The notes: a model not told the origin generated them from the letters alone. DNA of 42,509 bases from Actinomyces sp. (GCA_012837655.1 DUQT01000154.1:1-42509), one strand, 5' to 3'. Positions 26,287-36,334 are shown, counted from the stretch's first letter. Numbers and translations: made by a program.

Positions 26287-28884
26287 GTGGACAACAAATT
26301 CACTACGAAAGCCCAGGAAGCGATTGGTGCTGCGCTGCAGAACGCTTCCGCAGTGGGCAACCCTTCAGTTGAACCGATGCACTTGCTTCACGCGCTGCTC
26401 GATCAACCTGAAGGCATCGCAATTTCTTTGCTCGAAGCGGCCGGCGCGTCCCGCAAGAACGTCGGGGCCCGTGCCCGCGTCGAGCTAACGAAGCTACCCG
26501 CAACGCAGGGAGCTTCCGTGTCTCAGCCCGCAACTTCGCGTGCGCTGATGAACATTCTGACTCAGGCTGAGCAGGATGCGCGCGCAAGGGGTGATGAGTA
26601 CACATCGACCGAACATTTACTAATTGCAATCGCGAAATCTAATACGGACGCGGGACGCATCTTGGCCGAAAACGGCGCAACTGCCGAAACCCTTGAAGCC
26701 GTATTACCGAACCTAAGGAAGGAACCCATCACTACTCCAGATCCCGAAGGCTCGTTCGAAGCCCTCAAGAAGTATGGCCGCGACCTGACCGAAGTCGCGC
26801 GGGAAGGCAAACTGGACCCCGTCATTGGGCGTGACTCTGAAATCCGTCGAGTCGTGCAGGTCCTGTCACGCCGAACCAAGAACAACCCGGTTCTAATCGG
26901 TGAACCCGGTGTCGGTAAGACCGCAGTCGTCGAGGGGCTCGCCCAGCGAATCGTCGCTGGCGACGTGCCCGAGTCGCTCAAGAACAAGCGCCTCATCGCA
27001 CTCGACCTGTCCGCAATGGTGGCAGGCGCGAAATACCGTGGCGAGTTTGAGGAGCGCCTCAAGGCAGTCCTGAACGAAATCACGGCCTCGAACGGCGAAA
27101 TTATCACCTTCATCGACGAGCTACACACGGTCGTTGGCGCCGGTGGTGGTTCCGAGGGCGCAATGGACGCTGGCAACATGCTAAAGCCCATGCTTGCGCG
27201 TGGTGAACTTAGGATGGTCGGTGCTACCACGCTGGATGAATACCGCGAAAACATTGAAAAAGATCCGGCTTTGGAGCGTCGTTTCCAGCAGGTCTACGTT
27301 GGTGAACCCTCCGTTGAGGACACCGTCGCGATTCTGCGTGGTATCGCCCCGAAGTACGAAGCTCACCACAAGGTGACGATTTCTGACGGCGCGATCCTGG
27401 CAGCCGCTGAGTTGTCGAACCGCTACATTACGGGTCGTCAACTGCCGGATAAGGCTATCGACCTAGTCGATGAGGCTGCGTCCAGGCTTCGTATGGAACT
27501 GGATTCTTCGCCGGTTGAAATCGACGTGTTGCGTCGCCAGGTGGACCGCCTTCGCATGGAGGAGTCCTACCTGACCGAATCTGACCCGCAGGGCACTGAT
27601 GAGGAAACCGCCGCTCAGCTTGAAAAGGTTCGCGCTGAACTTGCTGACAAGCAGGAGGAACTTGACGGTCTGACCGCCCGATGGGAATCGGAGAAGGCTG
27701 GCCGCAACAAGGTCGGCGACCTGCGCGTGCAACTTGACGAGCTTCGCACCCAGCTTGAACTCGCCATGCGTGAGGGACGTTGGGAAGAAGCTGGCCGTTT
27801 ACAAAATGGCGACATTCCACGCGTCGAGGCCGAGATCGCGCAAGCCGAAACTGATGAGGACGCCGGTGATGGTGACCAGGCTCCGATGATTGCGGAGAAG
27901 GTCGGGCCGAAGGAAATCGCTGAGGTTGTCGAAGCTTGGACGGGTATCCCCACGGGCCGCCTGCTTCAAGGTGAGATGGAGAAACTTCTGAACATGGAGG
28001 ACGAGATCGGCAAACGCCTCATTGGTCAGAAGGAAGCTGTTAAGGCTGTGGCTGACGCGGTAAGGCGCTCGCGGGCTGGAGTTTCTGACCCGGATAGGCC
28101 GACGGGTTCGTTCCTGTTCCTTGGCCCAACTGGTGTTGGTAAAACGGAGCTTGCGAAGGCGTTGGCGGACTTCCTCTTCGACGATGAGCACGCAATCGTG
28201 CGTATCGACATGTCGGAGTATTCAGAGAAGCACTCGGTGTCTCGACTGGTTGGTGCTCCTCCGGGATACGTCGGCTATGACGAGGGTGGTCAGCTAACCG
28301 AGGCCGTTCGTCGCCGCCCGTACTCAGTAGTTTTGCTGGACGAGGTCGAGAAGGCTCACCCCGAGATCTTCAACATCTTGCTCCAGGTGCTAGATGATGG
28401 ACGCCTAACAGATGGTCAGGGTCGAACCGTTGACTTCCGCAACACGATCCTGGTGTTGACCTCGAACTTGGGGTCGCACTTCCTGGTGGATCAGTCCCTG
28501 TCGGAAGAGCAGCAGCGTGACGCCGTAATGGCAACTGTTCATGCCGCGTTCAAGCCGGAGTTCTTGAACCGTCTGGATGAGATCTTGATCTTCAAGGCTC
28601 TCACCCGCGACGAGTTGGCCAAGATCGTCGACATTCAGGTGGCTGCGATGGCGAAACGTCTGGGAGGACGCCGCATCGCCCTCGACGTCACTGATGAGGC
28701 ACGGGGCTGGCTGGCTGAACACGGTTACGATCCGGCGTTTGGTGCTCGACCGTTGCGTCGACTGGTGCAACGCGAGATCGGAGACCGGTTGGCTCGCATG
28801 ATCCTAAGCGGTGAAGTCGAGGACGGCGGCCACGTCACGGTCGACGTATCCGATGGCGAACTGCTACTGAAAGCTGACGCCTAA
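26287..28884 (+). CDS. clpB: ATP-dependent disaggregase ClpB
   Basis: Two AAA+ modules ([16 protein letters not shown]), [11 protein letters not shown], coiled-coil M domain, GAPPGYVGY; GTG start after AAGGAAGG and downstream of the HAIR. Confidence 0.98.
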   Translation: MDNKFTTKAQEAIGAALQNASAVGNPSVEPMHLLHALLDQPEGIAISLLEAAGASRKNVGARARVELTKLPATQGASVSQPATSRALMNILTQAEQDARARGDEYTSTEHLLIAIAKSNTDAGRILAENGATAETLEAVLPNLRKEPITTPDPEGSFEALKKYGRDLTEVAREGKLDPVIGRDSEIRRVVQVLSRRTKNNPVLIGEPGVGKTAVVEGLAQRIVAGDVPESLKNKRLIALDLSAMVAGAKYRGEFEERLKAVLNEITASNGEIITFIDELHTVVGAGGGSEGAMDAGNMLKPMLARGELRMVGATTLDEYRENIEKDPALERRFQQVYVGEPSVEDTVAILRGIAPKYEAHHKVTISDGAILAAAELSNRYITGRQLPDKAIDLVDEAASRLRMELDSSPVEIDVLRRQVDRLRMEESYLTESDPQGTDEETAAQLEKVRAELADKQEELDGLTARWESEKAGRNKVGDLRVQLDELRTQLELAMREGRWEEAGRLQNGDIPRVEAEIAQAETDEDAGDGDQAPMIAEKVGPKEIAEVVEAWTGIPTGRLLQGEMEKLLNMEDEIGKRLIGQKEAVKAVADAVRRSRAGVSDPDRPTGSFLFLGPTGVGKTELAKALADFLFDDEHAIVRIDMSEYSEKHSVSRLVGAPPGYVGYDEGGQLTEAVRRRPYSVVLLDEVEKAHPEIFNILLQVLDDGRLTDGQGRTVDFRNTILVLTSNLGSHFLVDQSLSEEQQRDAVMATVHAAFKPEFLNRLDEILIFKALTRDELAKIVDIQVAAMAKRLGGRRIALDVTDEARGWLAEHGYDPAFGARPLRRLVQREIGDRLARMILSGEVEDGGHVTVDVSDGELLLKADA

Positions 28885-29001
28885 TCGGACCGTGAGGCGA
28901 TGGCCTAAGCCGTGAGTCAGGCCGTTGAGGGCCTTGAACGCGGGCGATTTAGACCGCGACAGTTTAGGCCGCTGATGGTCTCGATCTTCGCGGATCTAAA
29001 C

Positions 29002-29039
29002 ACAGAGGGGCTAGGTGGGAAACCACCTAGCCCCTCTGT
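29002..29039. terminator. Probable bidirectional terminator hairpin
   Basis: Perfect 17-bp stem ACAGAGGGGCTAGGTGG-GAAA-CCACCTAGCCCCTCTGT. Confidence 0.85.
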
Positions 29040-29095
29040 CTTGCTTAAGACTTGTTCGTGGACACCGTCCCGAAATTGGGACCGCGCAGTCGTGT

Positions 29096-29911
29096 TTAGT
29101 AGACCTCGTAGAAGTAGTCGCCCAGGCGCTGCCAGTTTTTTCGGTGCCAGGCGCCGAAGGGTTCTTCGCCCAGGAAGGCCATTGCGCGGTTATTGTCGGG
29201 GTCGATCCACAGGAACGAGCCGGATTGGCCGAAGTGTCCGAAGGAATTCTTGGACGCGTTGCGGGGGAACCAGGTGCGAACTTTAGCGCCCTTGATTTCA
29301 AGGCCCAAACCCCACGTGTTGTCTGAGTAGGAGCCGTATCCGGGAGTCAGTCCTTTGAGTCCCGGATACACGACGTGGCGGGCCTCGTCAGCCAGTTCGG
29401 CTGAAATGAGCTCCGGCTCCATTAACTCGTAGGCTAGAGCAACCAGGTCTCGGATCGACCCTACGCCCGCGTGAGCGGCGGACCCGTTAATCATGGTCTC
29501 CACGAGCCCAAGTGGTTCCAGCACGGTCGCTTCAACCCAGGCGGGGAAGTCAAACCCGGTGGCCTCCTCGATAGCCCAGGAGGCCTCCTCAATACCGCGG
29601 TTTGAGTAGATCCGCTTTTCCTCTACCCCTGCTTCAAGCACGGGCCCGTTGAAAGCCAGTCCTGATGCGTGCGCCAGCAGGTGCCGTAGCGTTACGACGC
29701 GTTGGCCGTTCGCAATCTCGACCTCGTCATCAAGGCCAATGAACGCCCGATCAACCGCGACGAGGATCGCCCACACGGAAAACATTTTCGTCACGGACAT
29801 GTACGGGTACACGAGCGCGGAGTCGCCAAACTCCAGCGTTCGCCCCGGCTCGATCACAGCGAAAGAGTGCGCGAACGGCGGCGTGATTGCCTCCGGCAAA
29901 AAGTCAGGCAC
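29096..29911 (-). CDS. Serine hydrolase, beta-lactamase/esterase (class C-like) family
   Basis: SVTK (SxxK), LRHLLAHASG, YSN, WGLG, FGHFGQSG. Confidence 0.88.
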   Translation of the reverse strand: MPDFLPEAITPPFAHSFAVIEPGRTLEFGDSALVYPYMSVTKMFSVWAILVAVDRAFIGLDDEVEIANGQRVVTLRHLLAHASGLAFNGPVLEAGVEEKRIYSNRGIEEASWAIEEATGFDFPAWVEATVLEPLGLVETMINGSAAHAGVGSIRDLVALAYELMEPELISAELADEARHVVYPGLKGLTPGYGSYSDNTWGLGLEIKGAKVRTWFPRNASKNSFGHFGQSGSFLWIDPDNNRAMAFLGEEPFGAWHRKNWQRLGDYFYEVY

Positions 29912-29919
29912 GGGTCTCC

Positions 29920-30690
29920 TTAGTCAAAATCAATGATTACGGGCACGTGGTCGGACGCGCCCTTCCCCTTGCGTTCGTCGCGGTCAATCTGCGCGGCTGT
30001 GACCGCCTTCGCGAGCGCGGGGGATGCGTAAATGAAGTCGATTCGCATGCCTTCGTTCTTGGGGAACCGCAGTTTCTGGTAGTCCCAGTACGTGTAGTTC
30101 GTGACGCGGTCGCGGGTTACTTCTTCCATGCCGATTTTGGCGAACTTTTCAAACGCGTTGCGCTCTGGCTGTGAAACGTGCGTGTGGCCTTCAAATACGG
30201 AAATGTCCCACACGTCCTCGTCCAGGGGCGCCACGTTAAAGTCGCCAACCACCGCGAGTTTCAGGGTGTCGTCCGCCATTTCCAGCTGTGCCTGGTTCGC
30301 CATTTCGTCTAGAAACTTAAGTTTGTATTCGTAGTGGGGATCGTCGAGGGCGCGGCCGTGCGGAACGTATAGGCTCCAAACTCGCAGTCCACCGCAGGTT
30401 GCGCCGATTGCGCGCGCTTCCTGTTTGTCGCGAAATTCCGGCTGGTTCGGGAAGCTCGTGGACACATCTTCGATGCCGACTCGTGATGCGATTGCGACGC
30501 CGTTCCACTGGTTGAAGCCAACCATTTCGACCTCGTAGCCGGCCTCTTTAAAAGGTTCGAAGGGGAACTGGTCGGGTTTGCACTTTAGTTCCTGCATCGC
30601 CAGGACGTCCGTGTCGGACCGTTCCAGAAATTCAATGACGCGGTCAACGCGCGCGCGAATCGAGTTCACATTCCAGGTCGCAAGTCTCAT
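29920..30690 (-). CDS. xth: Exodeoxyribonuclease III
   Basis: MRLATWNVNSIR, QELK, WNGVAI, LYVPHG, GDFN, YTYWDY, RIDF, SDHVP. Confidence 0.95.
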   Translation of the reverse strand: MRLATWNVNSIRARVDRVIEFLERSDTDVLAMQELKCKPDQFPFEPFKEAGYEVEMVGFNQWNGVAIASRVGIEDVSTSFPNQPEFRDKQEARAIGATCGGLRVWSLYVPHGRALDDPHYEYKLKFLDEMANQAQLEMADDTLKLAVVGDFNVAPLDEDVWDISVFEGHTHVSQPERNAFEKFAKIGMEEVTRDRVTNYTYWDYQKLRFPKNEGMRIDFIYASPALAKAVTAAQIDRDERKGKGASDHVPVIIDFD

Positions 30691-30778
30691 GCATCTAACC
30701 CTACCGTTTTGGCGCAGTGGCGGCATTTGGTCGCCTTTGGGTGGAATCTTCGAGGGCGTGGCTACTACGCTGTTGGGT

Positions 30779-31540
30779 GTGGGTACTGCATTGATTACCG
30801 GAGCTTCATCCGGACTTGGAGAAGAATACTGCTGGCAACTAGCTTCCGCTCGTCACAATGTTGTGTTGGTCGCGCGCAGTGAGGGAAAGCTGAAGAACCT
30901 CGCGCACCGTATTGAGCAAAGCATGGGTGTTCGCGCGGAAGTTATCGTCGCGGACCTTGCCACCCAGGAGGGGCGCGACAGGGTCATCGCGCGCCTGAAG
31001 CAGGATGAGCACCCGATCGGCCTCCTGATAAACAACGCTGGATTTGGCCAGGGGATTCCGTTTAGGGAAAACAGTATTGAAAACGAACTTGAAGGCCTAA
31101 ACGTAATGGTTCGCGCCGTCATGGAACTGACGCACGCCGCTGTGCGCGTCATGTTTGATCGTGGCCAGGGCGCGGTTCTTAACGTGTCTTCCGTCGCGTC
31201 CGATACGGGGATGGGCACGTATTCGGCCCACAAGGCGTGGGTGAAAGCGTTTTCCGAGGGCGTTGCTGAGGAACTGAAGGGAACAGGAATCACCGTCACC
31301 GCGGTCATGCCGGGCATGGTTCAGACTGGGTTCCACGAAAAGACCGGCATAGGTCCTCGCGATGTTCCGAGCATCTCCTGGGTGACGCCGGAAACGGTGG
31401 TGTCGGAATCGCTCGCGGCAGTGCGTCGCGGGCAGGTGCTGGTGACGCCGTCGATTCGTTACAAGGTCACGTCGTTTGCGACGAAGCACGCGCCGCGTTG
31501 GATGGTTCGCGCGGTGACGTCGCGTATTCCTCATATGTGA
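30779..31540 (+). CDS. Short-chain dehydrogenase/reductase
   Basis: TALITGASSGLG, LINNAGFG, NVSS, YSAHK (YxxxK); GTG start 7 nt after TACGCT. Confidence 0.92.
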   Translation: MGTALITGASSGLGEEYCWQLASARHNVVLVARSEGKLKNLAHRIEQSMGVRAEVIVADLATQEGRDRVIARLKQDEHPIGLLINNAGFGQGIPFRENSIENELEGLNVMVRAVMELTHAAVRVMFDRGQGAVLNVSSVASDTGMGTYSAHKAWVKAFSEGVAEELKGTGITVTAVMPGMVQTGFHEKTGIGPRDVPSISWVTPETVVSESLAAVRRGQVLVTPSIRYKVTSFATKHAPRWMVRAVTSRIPHM

Positions 31541-31547
31541 GGTCGAG

Positions 31548-32720
31548 TTGAGATCTCGCGGACTTGCGGTTGCGGCCTCCGTCCTGCTGGTAGCAACGAC
31601 GGTGGTGGCGGTTGCCGGTGCAATTAGTGCCGGCAGGCCGGTTATGGGCGTGCTTTTGGGCGCTAGTTTTCTTGGAATCTATGCGGTCGGAATGGTTCGT
31701 GCGGTCCGCGCTCACGCTGATTTTGAGGCGATCGCGCCAGGTTCAAGGCACGGACGCAACACGATCGCGTGGGTGCTTGCCCTAACGGTTATTTGGATTG
31801 GTCTGCTTGCCGTTTCTGAAACCGCACTGTGGTTGGCGTTCCCGCTAATCATGCTGCAGGTCGGAGTTCTTGGAGTCCTGTGGGGATCAATCGCAACAGT
31901 GCTGACCGGCCTGGTCACAGTGGGAATCTCGGTCGCGCGCATCCCGGCGGACCAGCCTATTGGTGGCGCAATTTTGGGTCCGTTACTTGGGTCGAGCATC
32001 GCCCTCGTAATCACATGGGCGGGCATGGCTGTCATTACGGAATCGGCTTCGTTAAAACACGCAAACGATGAGCTACGCGCCGCCCGCGACGCGCTGGCCC
32101 GCGCGGAAAAGGAACAGATTCTGGCTCGCGAACGCAGCCGCATGGCCGGCGAAATTCACGACACGGTTTCGCAGGACCTGTCCGGAATCGCGATGCTTTT
32201 GCGCGTGGCGGAGCAAAGCGACGACCTCGAACTGTTCCGTCAACTTTTGGCGCAGTCGCTTGTCGCAACGCAGGACGCGCTGGTGGATGCGCGCCGGGTA
32301 ACCAAGGCGCTCGCGCCGCGTGAACTCACCCAAAAGCGCCTGACCGCCGCGCTTGCCGGCCTCGCGAAAGAGCCGGTTCTTGCCGACCTCGACATCGACG
32401 TTATCGAAGAAGGCGAAGGGCCCGAACTAAGCCTGGGCGAGGAAGCCGCCCTGCTGCGCGTCGCCAAATCCGCCCTCGTAAACGTGAAAGAACATTCCGG
32501 CGTAAAACACGCGACCGTCTACCTTTTTAGGGACGAGGGCGGTGCAACGCTCGAGGTTCGCGATGAGGGCCGCGGGATCAAGGACGCCCCTGTCCCGGAA
32601 GGGCGGGGTTTCGGTATTCCTTCGATGCGGGCGCGACTCGCTGAGGTCGGCGGAAGCCTCGAGATTGAAAGCAGTGACGCTGGGACCACCGTTCGCGCGA
32701 AGACTGGTGGGACGGCGTGA
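31548..32720 (+). CDS. Membrane sensor histidine kinase, HisKA_3 type (HrrS/ChrS-like)
   Basis: About 6 N-terminal TM helices, H-box ERSRMAGEIHDTVSQ, N-box ALVNVKEHS, DEGRG, GFGIPSMRAR. Confidence 0.92.
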   Translation: MRSRGLAVAASVLLVATTVVAVAGAISAGRPVMGVLLGASFLGIYAVGMVRAVRAHADFEAIAPGSRHGRNTIAWVLALTVIWIGLLAVSETALWLAFPLIMLQVGVLGVLWGSIATVLTGLVTVGISVARIPADQPIGGAILGPLLGSSIALVITWAGMAVITESASLKHANDELRAARDALARAEKEQILARERSRMAGEIHDTVSQDLSGIAMLLRVAEQSDDLELFRQLLAQSLVATQDALVDARRVTKALAPRELTQKRLTAALAGLAKEPVLADLDIDVIEEGEGPELSLGEEAALLRVAKSALVNVKEHSGVKHATVYLFRDEGGATLEVRDEGRGIKDAPVPEGRGFGIPSMRARLAEVGGSLEIESSDAGTTVRAKTGGTA

Positions 32721-33331
32721 AAATAATAATCGTCGACGACCACGCCGTGGTGCGCATGGGCTTGCGTGCAGTCTTGGAAAGCGTGGCGGGCGCCAGCGTT
32801 GTAGCTGATTTTGCGCGCGCAGAGGATGCGATCAACTGGCTGCGTGCGCACAGCGTGGACCTCGTGGTTATGGACCTGCGATTCCGGCAGGACGAAAACG
32901 CGATGGATGGGATCACGGCGGTGCGCAAGATTCGCGAAATGGATGGTCCGCCGGTACTCGTGGTTACGACCTACGGGTCGGAACCGGAAATCCTCGGTGC
33001 ACTGGCCGCTGGTGCTGCGGGGTATGTGCTGAAGGACGCGGATACTGCGGAATTGCAGCGCGCGGTGGTTGCTGCCGCCAGTGGGGAGCAGTTCCTGGGT
33101 ACCGGTGTCGAAGCGCAAATCCACCAGGGCGGCGTTGAGTTGACGAACCGGGAAATGGACGTGCTGCGCCTGGTCGCGCAGGGCAAGACGAACGCGGGGG
33201 TCGCCGAAGCGCTGTTTTTGTCAGCGGCAACGGTGAAAACGCACCTGAATAGGATCTTTGACAAACTGGGGGTCAACTCGCGCACAGCGGCCGTGGCAAC
33301 AGCCCGGTCGCTGGGGCTGCTAGAGGAATAA
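32717..33331 (+). CDS. NarL/LuxR family response regulator (HrrA/ChrA-like)
   Basis: VDDHAVVRMGLRAVLES, MDLRF (phospho-Asp), LKDA, LTNREMDVLRLVAQG, LFLSAATVKTHL..IFDKLGV. Confidence 0.94.
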   Translation: MKIIIVDDHAVVRMGLRAVLESVAGASVVADFARAEDAINWLRAHSVDLVVMDLRFRQDENAMDGITAVRKIREMDGPPVLVVTTYGSEPEILGALAAGAAGYVLKDADTAELQRAVVAAASGEQFLGTGVEAQIHQGGVELTNREMDVLRLVAQGKTNAGVAEALFLSAATVKTHLNRIFDKLGVNSRTAAVATARSLGLLEE

Positions 33332-33333
33332 TT

Positions 33334-33350
33334 CATCCTTTCGGTGGATG
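33334..33350. promoter_or_regulatory. Putative response-regulator operator CATCC-N7-GGATG
   Basis: Perfect 5-bp inverted repeat 2 nt after the RR stop, upstream of a TAAGAT -10-like box (33382-33387) and the GGAGG RBS of the next gene. Confidence 0.6.
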
Positions 33351-33406
33351 TGGCAGCGCCGGTTTTCTTCGACTATGGAATTAAGATTTCTTAGCTCGGA
33401 GGAAAA

Positions 33407-33853
33407 GTGAAAGACGTAGCAAAGCTTGCTTTTGGGGCAAGCTCTATTTATTTGGCGTTGGGGCTGCTCGGCGGTTTCTTCTACCGCGAACTCACCCGCA
33501 ACACGGAGTTCGCGGGGCAGGGAATGTCGCAGCTGTCGCTCGTGCACACGCACCTGTTGACGCTCGGTTTCCTGGTGATGCTGCTGGTCGTCGTGTTAGA
33601 AAAATCGGTTGGCCTGTCCGGGTCCCTGTTCAAGTGGTTTTTCGGAACCTATAACACTGGCGTGGTTGTGACTGGTGCGATGTTTGTTGTTAATGGCATG
33701 AGGACGGTCAGCGGTGCCGGTAGTTCCGCAGCGGTGTCTGGAATCGCTGGAATCGGCCACATTTTGCTAACCATTGGCCTGGTGATCCTGATGGTGATCG
33801 TCGGCAAGAATCTCGGCTCTAAGCCAGCAGGGCAGGCCGAAGTTGAAGACTGA
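33407..33853 (+). CDS. DUF2871 family 4-TM membrane protein
   Basis: GLLGGFFYRELT, LSLVHTHLLTLG, YNTG, SGIAGIGHILL. Confidence 0.85.
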   Translation: MKDVAKLAFGASSIYLALGLLGGFFYRELTRNTEFAGQGMSQLSLVHTHLLTLGFLVMLLVVVLEKSVGLSGSLFKWFFGTYNTGVVVTGAMFVVNGMRTVSGAGSSAAVSGIAGIGHILLTIGLVILMVIVGKNLGSKPAGQAEVED

Positions 33854-35441
33854 AATTAGTGCACCCACTAAGAAAGAGTGGGGTGCCCTCGCGATCCTAG
33901 CGGCCTCACTTGGTGTTATCGTCCTCGACGGAACGATCGTTGGTGTTGCGCTGCCTCAAATAATTGGGGACCTAAAGCTCGTCCTCACTGACGCGCAGTG
34001 GGTGAACAGCCTGTATGCGGTGATTGTGGGCGCGCTTTTGTTGGTGAGCGGTTCGACCTCGGATCAGTTCGGTCGCCGCAAACTGCTGATCGCGGGGCTC
34101 GGAATTTTTGTGGCGGGATCGGCGCTCGCGGGCGCTGCAAGCTCGGCCACTTCACTTCTAGCTGGCCGCGCGATCCAGGCTGTGGGTGCGGCTGGAATTA
34201 TGCCGTCCACGCTGTCCACGGTAAACGCCCTGTTCAGGGGAAAGTACCGGGCTGCAGCCTTCGGCGTGTGGGGTGGCATGATCTCCGGAGCAGCCGCAAT
34301 CGGCCCGCTCCTGGGTGGCGTCCTGACCGAGTGGGTATCTTGGCGCTGGATCTTCTACGTGAACCTGCCAATCGGTTTGATCCTCGGCCTGCTCGCCCTA
34401 AAAGTTGTGCCTGAAACGCGCAGTGCTAGGCGCGGACGGTTCGACGTGGTCGGTTTCGTACTTTCGAGCGTTGCGCTGGGGAGCCTGGTCTTCTCGATTA
34501 TTGAAGGCCCGCACGTGGGTTGGTGGAAGCCGATCGCGGACTTCGATTTCCTCGGAATCACCTGGTCGCTGGATTCCGCAACCTCGGTAGTGCCGATCTC
34601 ACTGGGCGTTGCCGCGGTCGCACTCATCGCGTTCATCGCATGGGAACTTCACCTCGCAAACGTCGGCAAGAGCCCGCTCCTGGATCTGTCCATGTTCAAG
34701 ATCGCAACGTTCTCATGGGGCAACCTGACCGCGTCGATGGTCGCGATCGGCGAGTTCGCACTCCTCTTCGTCCTCCCGCTCTACCTAATCAACGCGTACG
34801 GCACGAGCGTCATCAAAGCCGGCCTAATCCTGGCCGCGATGGCCCTGGGAGCGTTCGTCTCCGGCGGCCTCGCCCGCTTCATCGCGGGCTGGATCGGCTC
34901 ACCTGGCACAGTGATCCTCGGATTGACGCTAGAGCTCATCGGCGTGGGCGCCCTCGCCTTCCTAATGGATCCCGCCCACTCTCTTTGGTATCTAACGGTT
35001 CCGCTGGTCGTTTACGGCTTCGGCCTGGGCCTTGCGTCCGCACAGCTGACGGGCACAGTCCTTCGCGACGTCCCCGTCGAACATTCCGGCCAGGGTTCCG
35101 CCACGCAGTCCACGTTCCGCCAGGTCGGTTCCGCACTCGGCACCGCCTTTTCGGGTGGGGCACTTGCAGTCGGATTATCGAGGGCGTTGCCAGATGCGCT
35201 TTCAGGTTTAGGCTTACCGGACGATGCTGCGTCAGGCATCGTGGAAGCCACGAAGGCGTCGGCTGGTTCAAACTTGCCGCAGATGCGTGCTGAGTTTGGT
35301 GAGGGCTCTGATGTGATCCACTCTTTGGTTGAGGGCTTCGCGCAGGCAACTCAGGCGTCGTTCTGGGTGTCGGCCGTGTTCCTGGGAGTTGGTTTGCTGG
35401 GCGCAATCATGGTGTGGAACGTCGCTCGCCGTGAGGGCTAG
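33843..35441 (+). CDS. MFS efflux transporter, DHA2 (14-TM) family
   Basis: LDGTIVGVALP, QWVNSLY, SDQFGRR, motif C GPLLGG, WRWIFYVNLPIG; overlaps the DUF2871 gene end. Confidence 0.93.
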   Translation: MKTEISAPTKKEWGALAILAASLGVIVLDGTIVGVALPQIIGDLKLVLTDAQWVNSLYAVIVGALLLVSGSTSDQFGRRKLLIAGLGIFVAGSALAGAASSATSLLAGRAIQAVGAAGIMPSTLSTVNALFRGKYRAAAFGVWGGMISGAAAIGPLLGGVLTEWVSWRWIFYVNLPIGLILGLLALKVVPETRSARRGRFDVVGFVLSSVALGSLVFSIIEGPHVGWWKPIADFDFLGITWSLDSATSVVPISLGVAAVALIAFIAWELHLANVGKSPLLDLSMFKIATFSWGNLTASMVAIGEFALLFVLPLYLINAYGTSVIKAGLILAAMALGAFVSGGLARFIAGWIGSPGTVILGLTLELIGVGALAFLMDPAHSLWYLTVPLVVYGFGLGLASAQLTGTVLRDVPVEHSGQGSATQSTFRQVGSALGTAFSGGALAVGLSRALPDALSGLGLPDDAASGIVEATKASAGSNLPQMRAEFGEGSDVIHSLVEGFAQATQASFWVSAVFLGVGLLGAIMVWNVARREG

Positions 35442-35535
35442 ATTTCTTCGCCGATGTCGTAGACGCCCTTAATTACGGAACGTCGCTCGCCGGGAAGGCT
35501 AGGTGGGGTCGGCGTTTGCAGATACGATTGAAGGC

Positions 35536-36108
35536 ATGACTAATGATCCGCGCAAGGCCCGTTTGGCCGAACTCGTTAAAAAACTTGCTGTAATCCACCA
35601 AAAGGTTACTTTGGCATCTGGCAAGGAGTCCGACTTCTACGTCGATATGCGTAGGGCAACACTCCACCATGAGGCCGCCCCCCTGATCGGCCACGTCATG
35701 CTAGACATGCTTGAAGACAACGGTTTCGCCCCCGACGACTTTGACGCAGTCGGGGGGCTGACGATGGGCGCAGACCCGGTTGCAACAGCGATCTTGCATG
35801 CGGCCGCATCACGCGGACTGGAAGTGGATGCTTTCGTCGTCCGAAAGGAAGCGAAGGACCACGGAATGAAGCGCCAGGTCGAGGGGCCCGACGTTAAAGG
35901 CAAGCGCGTCATCGTCCTCGAAGATACTTCGACAACGGGCGGGTCACCGCTTCAGGCAGTCGAAGCCCTTGAAGCGGCCGGCGCAACGGTTTTGGCAGTA
36001 GCTGTGATCGTTGACCGAGACACGGGCGCCCAGCAGCGGATCGAAGAAGCCGGATACAAGTATCTGCACGCGCTCGGGCTGGAAGACCTAGGCCTCGACA
36101 AGCAGTAA
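35536..36108 (+). CDS. pyrE: Orotate phosphoribosyltransferase
   Basis: TLASGKESDFYVD, GGLTMGADP, VRKEAKDHG, PRPP loop VLEDTSTTGGS; ATG 7 nt after TACGAT. Confidence 0.96.
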   Translation: MTNDPRKARLAELVKKLAVIHQKVTLASGKESDFYVDMRRATLHHEAAPLIGHVMLDMLEDNGFAPDDFDAVGGLTMGADPVATAILHAAASRGLEVDAFVVRKEAKDHGMKRQVEGPDVKGKRVIVLEDTSTTGGSPLQAVEALEAAGATVLAVAVIVDRDTGAQQRIEEAGYKYLHALGLEDLGLDKQ

Positions 36109-36197
36109 ACGGCGCAAGAGCGCGACGCGTTAGAACCAATGGCGCCAAAGCGCCCGGCAAGCTACCGAAGTGCCGCGCTCCCTAAAGTAATAGTTAC

Positions 36198-36242
36198 AAA
36201 AATGTTCCCGCTAACCACTCGGCTAGCGGGAACAATTTTTTT
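36198..36242. terminator. Bidirectional intrinsic terminator
   Basis: AAAAA-TGTTCCCGCTA...TAGCGGGAACA-ATTTTTTT between convergent pyrE and HAD-IIA. Confidence 0.85.
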
Positions 36243-36334
36243 AAGAAACGGCGATTAAATCACGGCCGTGTCACAGGTGCTCAAGAACGCCCTAGCGGAA
36301 TGCTTGTTCCGGCCGGCACGATTCGCGCGCCTAA

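Noticed and set aside
29096-29911. Acquired beta-lactamase resistance gene
   Set aside because: No signal peptide, short, coupled to xth in a core locus; more consistent with a cytoplasmic esterase-type serine hydrolase
30578-30778. Extended starts for the SDR gene (30578) and xth (30726)
   Set aside because: They would overlap each other; family motifs begin at 30779 and 30690, each behind a -10 box
34520-35293. 257-aa alternative-frame ORF in the MFS gene
   Set aside because: Arg-rich shadow ORF expected in high-GC coding DNA
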